Positions 10,603 to 21,415 of a stretch of 64,000 nt of DNA are shown here, piece by piece. The notes beneath the pieces are model-generated. The model had not been told where the DNA came from. It searched no databases and saw nothing but the letters and a program-made list of their open reading frames with translations. Origin of the DNA: a virus; the IMG/VR virus record IMGVR_UViG_3300033512_000218, positions 1 to 64,000 of that record; one strand, written 5' to 3'. The position numbers were made by a program, and so were the translations under genes. Each line of letters opens with the position of its first letter. Position 1 is the stretch's first letter.

Positions 10603-11388
10603 ATGGACGATAATATTATTATTAAAGATATTTATGGATTTTATAGCGGAGAACATTATAAACAACCATATATAAGTGTAGCAAGTTTAATCGAAACGAC
10701 ATTAAAACAAATTCCAAAAGAACATAAATGGGATTTTATTAGAAGTATTGGATGTGATACTGATTTAACCGAAATTATAACTGATAGATTAATTGGAGTA
10801 GATAAAGGATGTTGGGTTAGTGATGATGCAAAACAAAGATTAAGACTATTGGAGAAAACATATCTTAATGATTATTACGCAAAACATAATGAGTTATTAA
10901 AAGAAATTGAATTAAAAATAAAACAAGTAGAAACAAGTTCTTCATTATTTTATAAACTATATAATGATTATGATATAAGTGAACAATTTAAACAAATAAT
11001 TGGAAAAAGACCTGATTTAAATTTGAATGAATATACTAAGGGATATACTTCAGAATGTTTAAATAAATTATATCAATTAGCAGAAGATATAAAAAATAGT
11101 ATTCCTAAAATAACTGATGAAGAATATGAATTAATTTCAAATATAGAAAATAAAAATAGTATTGAAAATAAACATGTTAAAATAAGAATTTTTAAAGTAA
11201 CAGACAATATATATTTACCTACAAAACAAGAAAAAACTTTTGCTTTAGGTGTTGGAGAATATATAGTATGTATTGATAATAATGTATATATACCTGAATG
11301 GAATGATATTAGTAAACCATATATATTAACTGATACAGATATTAATTTTATTTTAACAAACAATACAATATTTGATGAAATATTATAA
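10603..11388 (+). CDS. hypothetical protein
   Basis: 261-aa ORF in plus-strand operon. Confidence 0.65.
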   Translation: MDDNIIIKDIYGFYSGEHYKQPYISVASLIETTLKQIPKEHKWDFIRSIGCDTDLTEIITDRLIGVDKGCWVSDDAKQRLRLLEKTYLNDYYAKHNELLKEIELKIKQVETSSSLFYKLYNDYDISEQFKQIIGKRPDLNLNEYTKGYTSECLNKLYQLAEDIKNSIPKITDEEYELISNIENKNSIENKHVKIRIFKVTDNIYLPTKQEKTFALGVGEYIVCIDNNVYIPEWNDISKPYILTDTDINFILTNNTIFDEIL

Positions 11389-11391
11389 AAT

Positions 11392-11784
11392 ATGAAAACA
11401 ACAATTATTATAGAAAAACCACATTCATTTGTAGATTTAATAACCAATTCATCCACTGAATTATTTATTGTTAATACTGATAAGGAAATGAAAGTCGTTG
11501 AAGAACTATTAAATGAAGTACAATCAAAATATCCAAATGATTATGGTTATAGAATATATGTTAATAAGGTAGAAGAAGATGATTTAATGAATATATTTGA
11601 CTATTATTATGAAAAGGATAAATGTATTGAATATTTGACCATGTTAGGTTATAAAATAATTAGTCCAGATGATAATACCAATAATTATATTAAATTATCA
11701 ATTGAACGAGGGTATTTAAATGATAATACTAAAAAATTTATTGAGGAAACATTTAATATTGTTTATTATTCATCCGAAGCATAA
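11392..11784 (+). CDS. hypothetical phage protein
   Basis: HSFVDLITNSSTELF motif, familiar from large-phage hypotheticals. Confidence 0.7.
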   Translation: MKTTIIIEKPHSFVDLITNSSTELFIVNTDKEMKVVEELLNEVQSKYPNDYGYRIYVNKVEEDDLMNIFDYYYEKDKCIEYLTMLGYKIISPDDNTNNYIKLSIERGYLNDNTKKFIEETFNIVYYSSEA

Positions 11785-11810
11785 AATAATAATTACTAAA
11801 AATAAAATAT

Positions 11811-12035
11811 ATGAAACTAAATGAATTTTTATATAACTTAAATAAAATGGTTGTACAAAACCCAGAAATATTAAATTATGATGTTATTTATAATAAAGAT
11901 GATGGAAAAAATGTTTTTAATAAAATTAATTTCAATCCAATATTATGTCATTTAGATGTTTATGAATTTTATCCTGATTATGAGATTAATGAAAAGGAAT
12001 ATAAAATGAAAATAAACTCAATATGTATAAATTAA
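11811..12035 (+). CDS. hypothetical protein
   Basis: 74-aa ORF. Confidence 0.6.
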   Translation: MKLNEFLYNLNKMVVQNPEILNYDVIYNKDDGKNVFNKINFNPILCHLDVYEFYPDYEINEKEYKMKINSICIN

Positions 12036-12046
12036 AAAAATAAAAT

Positions 12047-12448
12047 ATGAAACTAATTGAACAAATAAATTTAGATTTTTTAGAAGCCCGTAAATCTAAA
12101 AATAACGATATTTCTTTATTATTATCAACGTTAAAAGGTGAAATAGAAAGAAAAAAAACTAAAACAAATGAGGATAATGATATAATTACAATTATCAAAA
12201 AAATGATTGATAATTGTATAGTAACCAATACAAAACAAAGTATAGATGAATCAAAATACCTACAAAAATATTTACCTACGTTATTAACTGAATCAGAAAT
12301 AGAAACAATTTTATTTATATTTATTAATGAAGGATTAAATACTTTACCACTGTTAATGAGAAAATTTCAGGAACAATATAAAGGTAAAGCAGATAATAAA
12401 ATGGTAACAAATATAATAAATAAATTATTAAATGAAAATAGATTTTAA
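12047..12448 (+). CDS. GatB/YqeY domain protein
   Basis: MKLIEQINLDFLEARKSK...LQKYLP.LLTESEI...YKGKADNKMV. Confidence 0.85.
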   Translation: MKLIEQINLDFLEARKSKNNDISLLLSTLKGEIERKKTKTNEDNDIITIIKKMIDNCIVTNTKQSIDESKYLQKYLPTLLTESEIETILFIFINEGLNTLPLLMRKFQEQYKGKADNKMVTNIINKLLNENRF

Positions 12449-12773
12449 TAAAGTACATAATGATATATTTAATACTTGTAAAGGAATTTTTATTAACTTT
12501 TATACATTAAAAAATTATAATATTAGTTCAATTTATATAGTATCTCCATCAACAGGAATAATTAAAAATATAGATTATGGTATTAGAGCTGAATATTTGA
12601 ATAATAAAATTGATTTTATTGATAAAGACGAAAATACAATTATTATAAAAGTCAATGATATTTTATACACTATAAAATATATCAATAATACATTTAATGT
12701 ATTCAATAATGAAAAATTTATATTTTCACATAAAAATTTTAAAAAAATACTTATAAAAATAAAAAATACTTAA
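12432..12773 (+). CDS. hypothetical protein
   Basis: 113-aa ORF. Confidence 0.55.
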   Translation: MKIDFNKVHNDIFNTCKGIFINFYTLKNYNISSIYIVSPSTGIIKNIDYGIRAEYLNNKIDFIDKDENTIIIKVNDILYTIKYINNTFNVFNNEKFIFSHKNFKKILIKIKNT

Positions 12774-12775
12774 AT

Positions 12776-13240
12776 ATGAATAAAGAATTTATGGATTTAG
12801 CAGTATCTATATCAATCAAGAATGTAGATGAAGGTGGTGGTCCTTTTGGAGCTGTTATTGTAAAAGACAATAAAGTTATATCAATGACAGGAAACAGTGT
12901 AACCAAAGATAATGACCCAACAGCACATGCAGAAATTAATGCAATAAGAAAAGCATGCAAAGAATTAAACACATTTGATTTAAGTGGATGTGTATTATAT
13001 AGTTCTTGTGAGCCATGTCCAATGTGTATGTCCGCAATTAATTGGTCTCATATTGATACAGTATATTATGCAAATACAAAAGAAGATGCAGAAAGTATTG
13101 GATTTGATGATAATTTTATATATGAAGAATTAAAAAAAGAACCTAAAGATAGAAAAATACCATTTATTTCAGTTAATAAAGATTATGCAATAACTTGTTT
13201 TGATAAATGGACATCAAAAAACGATAAAATAGAATATTAA
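12776..13240 (+). CDS. guaD: guanine/nucleoside deaminase (cytidine-deaminase fold)
   Basis: GGGPFGAVIV, NDPTAHAE, SSCEPCPMC, IGFDD; closely follows the Bacillus-type GuaD pattern. Confidence 0.85.
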   Translation: MNKEFMDLAVSISIKNVDEGGGPFGAVIVKDNKVISMTGNSVTKDNDPTAHAEINAIRKACKELNTFDLSGCVLYSSCEPCPMCMSAINWSHIDTVYYANTKEDAESIGFDDNFIYEELKKEPKDRKIPFISVNKDYAITCFDKWTSKNDKIEY

Positions 13241-13243
13241 ACA

Positions 13244-13624
13244 ATGAGTATAAAAAATATTATAATCAATTCAAGTCGAGATTTTGTAACAGTTCCATTA
13301 TGGGAAGAAGGAGATTATAGATTAGCAGTTAATGTTTATAAAGTATTCGATGAATTACCAAGTAATATTAAATTAAATCAATTAACCCCATTTGATTTAA
13401 CAACAATAAATACACGGTTAAATATAGATGATTTTATTGTTTATTTGGATTTTGATGTTTTAGACTATAAATATGATATTAACTTACAAAAGGTTAGTAA
13501 ACCAGACATATCATATATTGTTAATTTTGAAATAAAATTTAAAGAATACAATGATTCAAATGATTTAGGTTTGGATAAATTAGTATCATTAGCAAATTGT
13601 ATAATATCCTTTTATGAAAAATAA
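13244..13624 (+). CDS. hypothetical protein
   Basis: 126-aa ORF. Confidence 0.6.
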   Translation: MSIKNIIINSSRDFVTVPLWEEGDYRLAVNVYKVFDELPSNIKLNQLTPFDLTTINTRLNIDDFIVYLDFDVLDYKYDINLQKVSKPDISYIVNFEIKFKEYNDSNDLGLDKLVSLANCIISFYEK

Positions 13625-13889
13625 ATATTTGGTTATAATAAATTCAATTGCTAAAGAAAAAGAATTATTTGATTTATTAAATGACAATAAATTAAAATTT
13701 TGGCATTATATAGATGGATTTTGGATTATTATAGGTAATATAGATATAAGTGAGTTATCCGATTTGCTACAAACAATATATAAAACAAAAATTATTATAT
13801 TTGAGGTTGATAAAATAAAAAATATAAATTATATAACATCTAATAATCAATCACTTGATTGGCTATTGGAACATTTTAACATTGATTAA
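13614..13889 (+). CDS. hypothetical protein
   Basis: 91-aa ORF overlapping previous stop. Confidence 0.6.
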   Translation: MKNKYLVIINSIAKEKELFDLLNDNKLKFWHYIDGFWIIIGNIDISELSDLLQTIYKTKIIIFEVDKIKNINYITSNNQSLDWLLEHFNID

Positions 13890-13890
13890 T

Positions 13891-14205
13891 ATGAAAGAGA
13901 AAATATTAAATGAAATAAGTAAAAATATAGATGTCCCTAAACTTTTAAATGAATTAGTTGATAATCAATTACAACTAAAATTAATAAGTCCTTCTGAAAT
14001 ATCAAATAAAACAAATATAAAGGAAACTATATTAAAATATATAACTGATAACTTTACAGAAGATGAATTATTGGATTTATATAATATTACAAAACAAGAA
14101 AAATTTATAAAAATATTTAATAAATTTAACAACTCAATGAAACCAGATATGATAAAAATAATTAAATATTGGGTTGATTTAATGGTTAAAGAAATAGAGT
14201 TATAA
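13891..14205 (+). CDS. hypothetical protein
   Basis: likely start MKEKILNE at 13891. Confidence 0.55.
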   Translation: MKEKILNEISKNIDVPKLLNELVDNQLQLKLISPSEISNKTNIKETILKYITDNFTEDELLDLYNITKQEKFIKIFNKFNNSMKPDMIKIIKYWVDLMVKEIEL

Positions 14206-14229
14206 TTTATATAACTCTATTTTTAATAA

Positions 14230-14499
14230 TTAATTATTCTTTTTAAATTTTTTAATAAACTCGACAAATAATCGTATAATAACTTCTGAATCTAACTTTC
14301 TTTCCTGTATTAAATAATCGGTAAATTCAGATAATACTTTATTTATTAATGCTCTACTGTTTACCACTTTTTTTAATAATAATGGTTTTAAAATACCATC
14401 ATTATTAACTGTTGTATTTTTCACTTCTTCTTCATTCAAATGAGTTCTTACTTGTTTTTCGATGTAAGATTCCAATAATTGTTTTTCTTTTGTTGTCAT
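14230..14499 (-). CDS. putative virion internal protein with conserved N-terminal leader
   Basis: MTTKEKQLLESYIEKQVRTHLNE nearly identical to N-terminus of 31935 ORF; ATATTTATA upstream. Confidence 0.55.
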   Translation of the reverse strand: MTTKEKQLLESYIEKQVRTHLNEEEVKNTTVNNDGILKPLLLKKVVNSRALINKVLSEFTDYLIQERKLDSEVIIRLFVEFIKKFKKNN

Positions 14500-14512
14500 T
14501 GTTTTATAAATA

Positions 14513-16171
14513 TTATTTTGACGTTCCTCTAAAATATATTTTTGTACTACTTGGACTATATTCATCTATAACTTTAAAACCTAAACTAATACTAACTATC
14601 ATAGGTACTTCATGAATAACATCCCAAGGATACTCATCATCTATTGTAAAACTCAGTGAATCCATAATAACAGGTAATCCTGTTGAAGCTGTTTTACTAA
14701 ACCACATTCCTAATTTTAAATTAATTATTTGTCCTGTCATTTGTCCTGTTTCACTTATAATAGGACTTTGGTATTGTACTAACTTATTTAATTTATAATA
14801 AACTGAATCCATTTCTTTAGCACTAAATAAAGGAACTAATAATGTAAATGATATTGCTCTACTTGTACCCTCATATACATGAACTTCATCTGGTCGTCCT
14901 ATGTATTTTGTTGGAGTCCAACTTGGAGAATATGTATCAGTTATTCCTGTAACAAATGAACGAAATTGTATGGAACCTATTCTTGTTTTTATTAAATCTT
15001 CACTATTATTACTACCCATATTAATAGCATCTGTTCCTCTTGGTTGTATTTCATTCTTTAAACTACTTCCTAATCCACTATTTTCAGGTAATGGACTAAA
15101 ATCAGCAATACCTAAACGTTTAGCCATATTCCAATTTTGAAAATAACTTACATTTTTATCATAATTATATTTTTCTTGGTAACCAGGTATATCTTTAAAA
15201 TAATCTACTTTTTCTTGTAGTATTTCGGGTTTTTCAAAGTTTACATATTGTTTACTATATGGAGAATAATTTGTTTGTAGATTAACTATGTCCTGATATG
15301 TATTCATTGTATTACTATCTAATTCATATTGTGGACTTTCTTTGAATCCAGGTCTATTATTTTTATCTACAAATACATTTGTATATAATTTTGTTAGATT
15401 ATTATATTCATCATATTTATCTGAATATGTATTATCTACATTATATATATTATTTTCAATTGGAGTTAATCCACTTGTACTTTTATGTATTAGAGTACTA
15501 CCTATTCCATAAAATGAGTTAGGACCTCCTATTTGAGAAAATTCTTTATTTATATTTCCATTTAATTTATCATTTATATTTTTTATAACATTTTTAACTT
15601 TTTCATTTTGTATATTATCAGTTAAATATTTAGTTATGGTATCAAATGGACCTTTATTATCATTTATTACTTCACTATTATTCAATCCAAATTCGTCATA
15701 TAATCGTAATAATCTATTTCCTGTTTTATATGTTTCAGTTGTATTTAATAATGAATAAAATTTTTCATATCTTATTTCATCATTTATAGTAAATCCGTAT
15801 CTATCAATATGAAATCCTCCTTGAGGAACATTCATTAAAAATTTAATTGGATTAAATATTTGTATTGGGTCTATTCCAGTAACATAACCACGTTTTGGAT
15901 TCATTAGATGTAATCCTTCTTGTTTTAACGACCATAAAATACCTTCACCACTTGTAAGATATTCTGTAACTCGTTTTGTATCTTTTAAAGCGTGGTCTAA
16001 ATAATAATTACCTCCTTGTACAAAATCTATTTTACTTGAAATATATTTATCAACTGTTTCTGATGTTGTATTAGAAGGTTGTTTTATAGGGATTGTATTT
16101 GAATTAATTGTTCGATTTATATTATATGATGAATCATTAAAAAAATCTTTTAGATTTGTTCTTAATACCAT
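14513..16171 (-). CDS. putative baseplate hub / tail-tube-initiator-like structural protein
   Basis: C-terminal IQFRSFVTGITDTYSPSW..KYIGRPDEV..YEGTSRAISFTL; late motif at 16185-16193 supports start at 16171. Confidence 0.55.
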   Translation of the reverse strand: MVLRTNLKDFFNDSSYNINRTINSNTIPIKQPSNTTSETVDKYISSKIDFVQGGNYYLDHALKDTKRVTEYLTSGEGILWSLKQEGLHLMNPKRGYVTGIDPIQIFNPIKFLMNVPQGGFHIDRYGFTINDEIRYEKFYSLLNTTETYKTGNRLLRLYDEFGLNNSEVINDNKGPFDTITKYLTDNIQNEKVKNVIKNINDKLNGNINKEFSQIGGPNSFYGIGSTLIHKSTSGLTPIENNIYNVDNTYSDKYDEYNNLTKLYTNVFVDKNNRPGFKESPQYELDSNTMNTYQDIVNLQTNYSPYSKQYVNFEKPEILQEKVDYFKDIPGYQEKYNYDKNVSYFQNWNMAKRLGIADFSPLPENSGLGSSLKNEIQPRGTDAINMGSNNSEDLIKTRIGSIQFRSFVTGITDTYSPSWTPTKYIGRPDEVHVYEGTSRAISFTLLVPLFSAKEMDSVYYKLNKLVQYQSPIISETGQMTGQIINLKLGMWFSKTASTGLPVIMDSLSFTIDDEYPWDVIHEVPMIVSISLGFKVIDEYSPSSTKIYFRGTSK

Positions 16172-16430
16172 AATTTTAGTTTTATATAAATACAAATTAC
16201 TTAATTTAATAAAAACTAAATTATATGGAAAAGAAATATTATAAATGCCAATGTGGCTCAGAATCATTTATTAGAGTATATAATGTTGAAATAAAGGTTA
16301 AAATAAATGAAAAAGATGGTTAGGAATATTGGGATGAAGAATATGTTGAAGTGGAAAAATATCATAGATTTGGTATTATATGCAAAAACTGTAGACAAGA
16401 TGCACAGGAATTAAATGATGGGTTATAATT

Positions 16431-16496
16431 TTTAACATTTATTAACACTAATTAATTTGTATTCTGTTAATAAATAGTTTATCTTTGTAATATAAT
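16431..16496 (+). promoter_or_regulatory. conserved early promoter repeat
   Basis: TTTAACATTTATTAACACTAATTAATTTGTATT...TATCTTTGTAATATAAT. Confidence 0.85.
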
Positions 16497-16511
16497 TTAA
16501 ACTCAATAAAG

Positions 16512-17762
16512 ATGTATTATATTCCAACATATTCAGAATGTATAAAAATATCCGATAAAAATCAAACAATGGATTTTTATTATACAACCCATAATATTCA
16601 AGGACATCGAGTTGATATATTCAACTATAAATTTGCTTTTTATAAAGAATTTTATGAAATAGCAAATGAATTTAATATTCCTCATTCTAAAGAAATGAGA
16701 GGATTGACATTTGTATTTAATGATAATATTATTCCAGGAAAAGACTATTCTATTATAGAATTAGAAAATAATATATTTAATAGATATATTGCATTAGAAA
16801 AGTTTTTTAATATTAACCAAACACAAGAAACATTAATAGAAAATTTTTATAATGTACCAATAAAAAATATATCTGAAAAATATGATGGTTCATTAGCTTT
16901 ATTTATAAAACTTCCAAACAATAAAATTGTAGCAAAAACAAAAGCAGGTTTTAATAATGAACAAACAGAAAGAATACAATATATTTATAATAATAACGAT
17001 TATATTTATAACTTAGTGAATTATTGTTTTGATAATAATATAATTCCTATTTTTGAATATGTATCATTTTCAAATAAAGTTGTATTGGATTATAATGAAG
17101 AAAAATTAGTATTAACAAAATTAAGAAATAATACAACAGGAAAATATATTGATATTTATGATTTACCGAATAATATACTTAATAAAATAGATATATCAAT
17201 TCCTAAAACAGTACAAGAATTTATAAATGAATATGATAATAATACAACAGATTATTCAATTAATAATGTTTTTAATATCGTGTCAAATTTAGAAAAAATT
17301 GAAGGTATTGTTGTTCAATTTGTTAATGGTTATCAAATAAAAATTAAAACTAAATGGTATTTTGATAATCACAAATTAATGTCCGAATTTGTTCATTTAG
17401 AACATCATTTAATTAATCTAATACTAACAAATAAAATAGATGATGTATTGTCACAAATGGATAAAAATGTTAATTGTAGTGTTATTAACAATATTAATAT
17501 TATAATTGATAAATTAAATACATATATAACCAATTTAACTAATGTATTATTACCATTTATAAATGAGTTCTACAATAATATCAATGATTACTCATTATTC
17601 ACTAAAAAATATAAAAAATATGAATATTACCATTTAATAATGGGAATAATTAGAAAGGATAATAAAGTTAATAATATGATAATACAGGATGAAATATCAA
17701 AATTCATATTAAGAAATACATCCAAACTAAATCAAGCAAAACAATTCTTAAATAAAATTTAA
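16512..17762 (+). CDS. T4 Rnl1-like RNA ligase
   Basis: EMRGLTF, KFFN, motif I EKYDGS, FEY, EGIVV, KIKTKWY. Confidence 0.88.
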   Translation: MYYIPTYSECIKISDKNQTMDFYYTTHNIQGHRVDIFNYKFAFYKEFYEIANEFNIPHSKEMRGLTFVFNDNIIPGKDYSIIELENNIFNRYIALEKFFNINQTQETLIENFYNVPIKNISEKYDGSLALFIKLPNNKIVAKTKAGFNNEQTERIQYIYNNNDYIYNLVNYCFDNNIIPIFEYVSFSNKVVLDYNEEKLVLTKLRNNTTGKYIDIYDLPNNILNKIDISIPKTVQEFINEYDNNTTDYSINNVFNIVSNLEKIEGIVVQFVNGYQIKIKTKWYFDNHKLMSEFVHLEHHLINLILTNKIDDVLSQMDKNVNCSVINNINIIIDKLNTYITNLTNVLLPFINEFYNNINDYSLFTKKYKKYEYYHLIMGIIRKDNKVNNMIIQDEISKFILRNTSKLNQAKQFLNKI

Positions 17763-17823
17763 CATTTATTAACATATATTAATTTGTATTTTGTTAATAA
17801 ATGTTTTATCTTTGTGGTATAAA
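17758..17823 (+). promoter_or_regulatory. conserved early promoter repeat
   Basis: same 66-bp consensus. Confidence 0.85.
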
Positions 17824-17838
17824 TTAAAAATGTAAATT

Positions 17839-18159
17839 ATGAATGATTATACAGAAATACAATTAATTACATTTGCTAATCAAATCAAAGGTAGCAATAA
17901 ATCAGTTGAAATAATGCTTTATAATGAAACATTAAATTATAATACAACTATAAATAATTTAATGAATAATAATATAAGTAAAAAAGAAGCCGTTGAATTG
18001 TTTCAACTTAACATTCAATTTTTCCATAATACTTTTTTAAATAATACAAAGGAATGGATTTTATCAAATAAAATACGTTTCCAACAAATGCTATACATTG
18101 AACTCGACAATTTATTTGCTGTTAAAGAATTTATTGGAACATTAAAATATGTTATTTAA
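17839..18159 (+). CDS. hypothetical protein
   Basis: ORF directly after promoter repeat. Confidence 0.6.
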   Translation: MNDYTEIQLITFANQIKGSNKSVEIMLYNETLNYNTTINNLMNNNISKKEAVELFQLNIQFFHNTFLNNTKEWILSNKIRFQQMLYIELDNLFAVKEFIGTLKYVI

Positions 18160-18180
18160 TATATTAAAATAAAACACAAT

Positions 18181-18450
18181 ATGAAAACATTAGATTTAAG
18201 TTTATATAATTCGGATAGCAATGCAATGTGTGCATTGAAATATTTCATTACAGAATTTATCAATCATAAATGTATTAAAATTGCAATGGATTTTGCAAAT
18301 GATTGTATTGATAATGAAACTGAATTAAATGAGTTTAATTCATTGTTAAATGAATTTAAAAATGAATGTATGATAGTAACAAGAAAAATATTTAATGATG
18401 ATTTAAAATTAGTAGAAATAAAATATAATAGAACACAAATAGATATTTAA
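18181..18450 (+). CDS. hypothetical protein
   Basis: 89-aa ORF. Confidence 0.55.
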   Translation: MKTLDLSLYNSDSNAMCALKYFITEFINHKCIKIAMDFANDCIDNETELNEFNSLLNEFKNECMIVTRKIFNDDLKLVEIKYNRTQIDI

Positions 18451-18470
18451 TAATTAAAAAATAAAAAAAT

Positions 18471-18758
18471 ATGTTACCGATTGAAAGTATTGAGACAAGA
18501 TTAGAATTAATACAAAATGAATTAATTCATTTAATTAAAAATCGTTTAAAAAATAGTTATACTGAAGTTTTAGAAATAAAACAAGATTTGATTATTGATA
18601 ATAGAAAAATCACTCATGCATATTATCATGAAGGTTGGAAAACAAATGATGTTTGGTTATATTATGATTATGATAATAGAGAAGAAATATTATTATCATC
18701 TATAACAAATATCTACGATTTATTAAACATATATAAAATTATAAATTATGAAGGATAA
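18471..18758 (+). CDS. hypothetical protein
   Basis: 95-aa ORF. Confidence 0.6.
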   Translation: MLPIESIETRLELIQNELIHLIKNRLKNSYTEVLEIKQDLIIDNRKITHAYYHEGWKTNDVWLYYDYDNREEILLSSITNIYDLLNIYKIINYEG

Positions 18759-19521
18759 AATAGGAGATAAAATAAAACAGTATGAAAAAACTATAACAGG
18801 TATTAAATTAGATAGTACAATACCTATTATTATCAGATTAGATGGTAATAATTTTAGTCAATTTACTAAATCATTGAATAAGCCATTTGATATTAAATTT
18901 AATGAATTAATGCAAGAGGTAACAAAATTTGCACTTAAAGAAACAGGTTATACTTTTGCTTATACCCAAAGTGATGAAATAACTTTAGTGTATATCCCTA
19001 AACATAATTTAAATTCAAGTACGTATCACGATGGTAAAGTTTATAAAATATTAAGTAAATTATCAAGTAAGGTATCAGTTTATTTTAATAAATTATTACC
19101 TGTGTATTTACCAACAAAAATAAATGAAAGTCCTATTTTTGACTGTAGAATTTTTAATGTTCCTAATATGGATATAGTTTATGAAGTATTATTATGGAGA
19201 TTTAAAGATGCAAGAAGAAATAGCATTTTAAATATGGGTTATTGGAAATTATCTCATAAACAAATTATAAATAAAAATACAAGTGAAGTTATTGAATTAT
19301 TAAAAAGCAATAATTTTTATTGGGATAATGAACCAATTGAATTTAAATATGGTACATTTTTTAAATCAGAAACAATAAAATCAAAACTATCAATTGAAGA
19401 ATTAAATATATTACCTGAAAAACATAATGCTCATAAAAATCCAGAACTTGAATTTGAAAGAAACATTATAAATAAAACATTAATTGATAATTTTGAAAAT
19501 TTAAAAAAAATTATTCAATAA
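18748..19521 (+). CDS. tRNA(His) guanylyltransferase Thg1-like protein
   Basis: IIRLDGNNFSQFT..L.KPFD, AYTQSDEI, FDCRIF, WR..DA.RNS, KYGTF. Confidence 0.92.
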   Translation: MKDKIGDKIKQYEKTITGIKLDSTIPIIIRLDGNNFSQFTKSLNKPFDIKFNELMQEVTKFALKETGYTFAYTQSDEITLVYIPKHNLNSSTYHDGKVYKILSKLSSKVSVYFNKLLPVYLPTKINESPIFDCRIFNVPNMDIVYEVLLWRFKDARRNSILNMGYWKLSHKQIINKNTSEVIELLKSNNFYWDNEPIEFKYGTFFKSETIKSKLSIEELNILPEKHNAHKNPELEFERNIINKTLIDNFENLKKIIQ

Positions 19522-19714
19522 TTATATAAAAAATTACTTAATTTAAAATAAAAACAATGGAAGATACAATTGACGAATTAAATGCAATTAAAATAATGTT
19601 GAATATAGCACAAGAACATAATTTAACTAATGAAGTTATTTTATATGCTATAAAACATATGAAACAAAACAATTCTTTAAATATTTCAGAAGTTATTAAT
19701 TTATCTATAAATGA

Positions 19715-20206
19715 ATGGATACGATAGTATATAATACAGGTGAAAATGATTATTGTGTTGATACGAAAAATATCAATTCAATTTCAATAGATGATATTAG
19801 TATAAACAATTCAAATATATATGTTATTGGTTATGGATATATTGCATATATATTTGAAGATTATATTTATTTAACTAAAATAGGAGAAAATCTATTTACT
19901 AATAATGTTTTTTTAACACATTATCCGATTTATTCATTATCACATAATATTAAAAATGAAATTAAACAACTTTTTAATATGAAATATATATTGAATACAT
20001 ATAAGAAAGGAGTTATATTTAAAGGATTAATTGATAATGAATATTATGTGAGTTATGGAGAACTAAATCATCCTGTGGGATATAAAAGTGTTTCAATTTT
20101 ATGTATGAGTATTGACTCATATAATAGAAAAAATAAAAAAATAATAACACCGGAATCAAGAATAACAGTATATTTAAACGACATTTTTAGTGAAATTAAA
20201 AAATAA
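19715..20206 (+). CDS. hypothetical protein
   Basis: 163-aa ORF. Confidence 0.55.
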   Translation: MDTIVYNTGENDYCVDTKNINSISIDDISINNSNIYVIGYGYIAYIFEDYIYLTKIGENLFTNNVFLTHYPIYSLSHNIKNEIKQLFNMKYILNTYKKGVIFKGLIDNEYYVSYGELNHPVGYKSVSILCMSIDSYNRKNKKIITPESRITVYLNDIFSEIKK

Positions 20207-20299
20207 TAAATTATGATACTATTTATAATATTAATAGCATTTGTTGGACTTATTTGGATTGGTATATCATCCGTTGCTCATGCAAATAAAAGGTAAAAA

Positions 20300-21415
20300 T
20301 TAAAATAATTTCATTTTACCATATTTATAATTTAATAATAATTTATATGGTAAATAATTATTATTTTTACTGTATTTTATAGCAGAGTTCGTTTTGATAC
20401 TTAATATTCCATTTTTTAATGATTTATAATACCACTTTGTTTTTCCTTTTATTTCTATTAATTGGTATTTATCATTTATTTTAATTTTAAAATCTACATA
20501 ATAATAGTGAGTTTTATTATTATGATAGTATTTAATTTTATCTCCATTTTCTATTGGAATGTTATTATCTTCGCAATATTTTATAAACTCCAATTCCATA
20601 TTGGATTGATAATTAATATCGGAATTGTTTTTTAAAGTATATTTTCTTAATTTATATGTACTTTTTCGGGAAGACATGTTTTTATTAAATATGTCTTCCA
20701 CTTGCATAATATTTTCTACTCCATATTTAGATAATATTGTTTGCTTTATTTTATCAGATAATATTTTTGAGCCCTTTAGTACACCCCCGTATTTATTATT
20801 GAATGTAAGCAATGTATTTTGCTTATACGCCTCATTTTTCATTGGATGTTCAACATTATATTTTTTGAAACACGTTATTTTATATTTATTTTTAATTATG
20901 TTGGATTGAGTATGATGTTCTGTTCCATATTTATTCAAACATGTTTCTTTATATTTTTCTTTATATTCCAATGTACCAGTTGAAAATATTCCATTATGAT
21001 TTTTTAAATTAGTTTCTTTATTTTTTAAAGAATTATTATATGTTTCATTTTCATAACGTTCCAATTTTGTTTTTTTAACTTTATTTGAATTACCTACTAT
21101 TTGACTTGCATTTTTAACTCCATACTTTTTAAGTAATGAGTTTTCTGTATTTTCTTTTTTAATTTTTTTAATTGTTGAATTTTTTGAACTACATTCATGA
21201 TTGCAATGTCTATCATAACCTTTAAGTATTGATTTGAATTTTGTTTTTTTACAACAATGTTCACATAACCCTTCAGTATCATTTTTAATTATATATTTTA
21301 TATAATAATGTTCCAATGATTCAATTTCATTATTTTTAATATGTGTATGTATATGATTAGATAAGGAAGGAATTGATTTGCATATTTTACTACATATTTG
21401 ACAAATATATTCCAT
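20300..21415 (-). CDS. putative homing endonuclease (Zn finger + KYGV repeats + PD-(D/E)XK domain)
   Basis: CxxC..HxxxH finger, repeated KYGVKN/KYGTEH/KYGVEN, C-terminal YYVDF...LIEIKG; ATG abuts terL-N stop. Confidence 0.7.
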   Translation of the reverse strand: MEYICQICSKICKSIPSLSNHIHTHIKNNEIESLEHYYIKYIIKNDTEGLCEHCCKKTKFKSILKGYDRHCNHECSSKNSTIKKIKKENTENSLLKKYGVKNASQIVGNSNKVKKTKLERYENETYNNSLKNKETNLKNHNGIFSTGTLEYKEKYKETCLNKYGTEHHTQSNIIKNKYKITCFKKYNVEHPMKNEAYKQNTLLTFNNKYGGVLKGSKILSDKIKQTILSKYGVENIMQVEDIFNKNMSSRKSTYKLRKYTLKNNSDINYQSNMELEFIKYCEDNNIPIENGDKIKYYHNNKTHYYYVDFKIKINDKYQLIEIKGKTKWYYKSLKNGILSIKTNSAIKYSKNNNYLPYKLLLNYKYGKMKLF

